DNA from: an uncultured bacterium
GTDB lineage: Bacteria; Fidelibacterota; Marinisomatia; Marinisomatales; TCS56
NCBI GenBank assembly: GCA_964628055.1
Contig: CAZVNL010000008.1
Span: 4,233-68,232 of the forward strand
DNA: 64,000 nt
Direction: 5' to 3'
The position numbers and the translations under genes were made by a program. The notes beneath the pieces were generated by a model. That model was given only the letters and a program-made list of their open reading frames with translations, had not been told where the DNA came from and ran no database searches. Numbering within the stretch: position 1 is the stretch's first letter; every line of letters starts with the position of its first letter. Below are positions 62,844 through 64,000 of this stretch, one piece after another.

Positions 62844-63716
62844 TTAAGCCGGGGCTGAAGCGAATAGAAAAGCGTCTATTCTGGTCCAGAACGCCGGGTG
62901 ATGATGGCAGTCGCTGTGGCCTTTCCCGGGAAGGACCCAGAGCTGGGTGGTTTGGGGATTTCCGGCATTCTTCAGTTTTTCGCCCTGTTCTACCGGGACG
63001 GTTGCGTCTTTATCGCCGTGGATCAACAAGATTCGCGCTTTAGCCTGGTGGATGTTATTTACCGGAGCAATACGGTTAAAGTTGATCCCGATTCTAAATT
63101 GTAGGTACTGGAAAAACAGCCACACCAGGGGAAAATAGGGAAGGTGTTTTTTTTGAAACTCTATTTTCATTACGTCCACGGGATGGGCCAGGGCTCCGAC
63201 GGTGACAACGTATTTAATGCGGGGATCGAAAGCGGCCGCGTGAAGGGCAGCCGCCCCACCAATGGAAAGACCAACGACTCCAATCTGCTCAGGGTCTACT
63301 AAATCTTGTTTTAAAATAAAGTCAACCGCAGCCCGGATATCCTCGGAGAATTTCAACAAATTAGGGAATTTATCCGGGTCACTACTGCCGTGATTGCGTA
63401 AATCAAACACCAGCAAGTGGTAACCATTAGAATAGAGGTTTTGAATGTAACCCATCATGCGCTCCACATTCCGACCCCAGCCGTGAACTAAAAGCAAGGT
63501 GGGGGTAGCCTGAGTAGTTTTCTCTGGAGCTGGAATCCACCAACCGTACAAACAGCACTTTTTCTTGGTGGGAAAGCGGACTTCCTGAAACGGGATCCCC
63601 AATTTGGCGGGTGTGGTTTCATGGGGCTTTTTGGGGTAGCGATACACATATTGAATAAATAGATCTAGCAGACCAAAAAGGACCAGCATACCCAAGAGAA
63701 TCCAAATGACCATCAT
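62844..63716 (-). CDS. Alpha/beta hydrolase with an N-terminal membrane anchor
   Basis: HGWG, DLRNHGSS, nucleophile GLSIGG, HGDKDATVP and GKGHSDC (Ser-Asp-His triad). Confidence 0.9.
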   Translation of the reverse strand: MMVIWILLGMLVLFGLLDLFIQYVYRYPKKPHETTPAKLGIPFQEVRFPTKKKCCLYGWWIPAPEKTTQATPTLLLVHGWGRNVERMMGYIQNLYSNGYHLLVFDLRNHGSSDPDKFPNLLKFSEDIRAAVDFILKQDLVDPEQIGVVGLSIGGAAALHAAAFDPRIKYVVTVGALAHPVDVMKIEFQKKHLPYFPLVWLFFQYLQFRIGINFNRIAPVNNIHQAKARILLIHGDKDATVPVEQGEKLKNAGNPQTTQLWVLPGKGHSDCHHHPAFWTRIDAFLFASAPA

Positions 63717-63829
63717 ATGACTTAAAGTCCTTAAGCAATACTGTTTAAATATATAAACTACAACGAAATTACCACAATGAAGTGTTTAACAACATGCTAT
63801 TGTGCATTTGCCCTTTATTTAATAGCCTT

Positions 63830-64000
63830 TCATTCCCAGCGGAAGTAACGGACCGCTAGGCCGGCACACAAGACCAAGGTAAGCGCCAAAATGCTAATTG
63901 CTACCCAATGGGTGCTCCAATTTTCATCAAACCACAGTCCTTGCAAGAGGATGACGGCATGGGTCATGGGGAAGATTAAACGAACCTGCTGGAGCCATTC
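63830..64000 (-). CDS. ABC-2 type transporter permease, C-terminal fragment (runs off window edge)
   Basis: My translation: EWLQQVRLIFPMTHAVILLQGLWFDENWSTHWVAISILALTLVLCAGLAVRYFRWE*, a typical ABC-2 permease C-terminus. Confidence 0.75.
   Translation of the reverse strand, partial: EWLQQVRLIFPMTHAVILLQGLWFDENWSTHWVAISILALTLVLCAGLAVRYFRWE

Noticed and set aside
63784-63810. dif-like site (minus strand TGCACAA...TGTTAAAC)
   Set aside because: Arm spacing is off by one base and the XerC arm match is poor.

Overview
The window is mostly core chromosome of a diderm bacterium, with about 55 CDSs. All but nrdJ are on the minus strand, and many are joined in long, tightly coupled runs. Gene content and synteny point to the FCB superphylum: the rplM-rpsI-rpsB-tsf-pyrH-frr run, folP-cdaA, MoxR-DUF58, a PorU/PorV-like pair and a group II GGGP synthase. 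My best guess is Ca. Marinimicrobia or a relative (inference, not verified). It encodes translation genes, a pyrR-pyrB-pyrC operon with a PyrR attenuator, class II ribonucleotide reductase, dnaK, clpC, Lol and Tam envelope systems, prfB with its +1 frameshift, tilS-hpt-ftsH-folP-cdaA, a cytochrome c maturation operon and tRNA-Gly(CCC). I found no CRISPR array, prophage, IS or defence island. The most interesting observations are: (1) a T9SS-like PorU sortase, PorV barrel and FN3 lipoprotein module; (2) a classical C2H2 zinc finger inserted in formiminotransferase-cyclodeaminase; (3) several archaeal-affinity genes (type II GAPDH homologue, group II GGGPS, CxxxY-type CcmE); (4) a B12 mutase with isobutyryl-CoA mutase signature residues; (5) a 71-nt cloverleaf-like structured element at 546-616; (6) small ORFs missed by the ORF track. 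All calls come from motif reading and recall of protein families. No database searches or folding programs were run.
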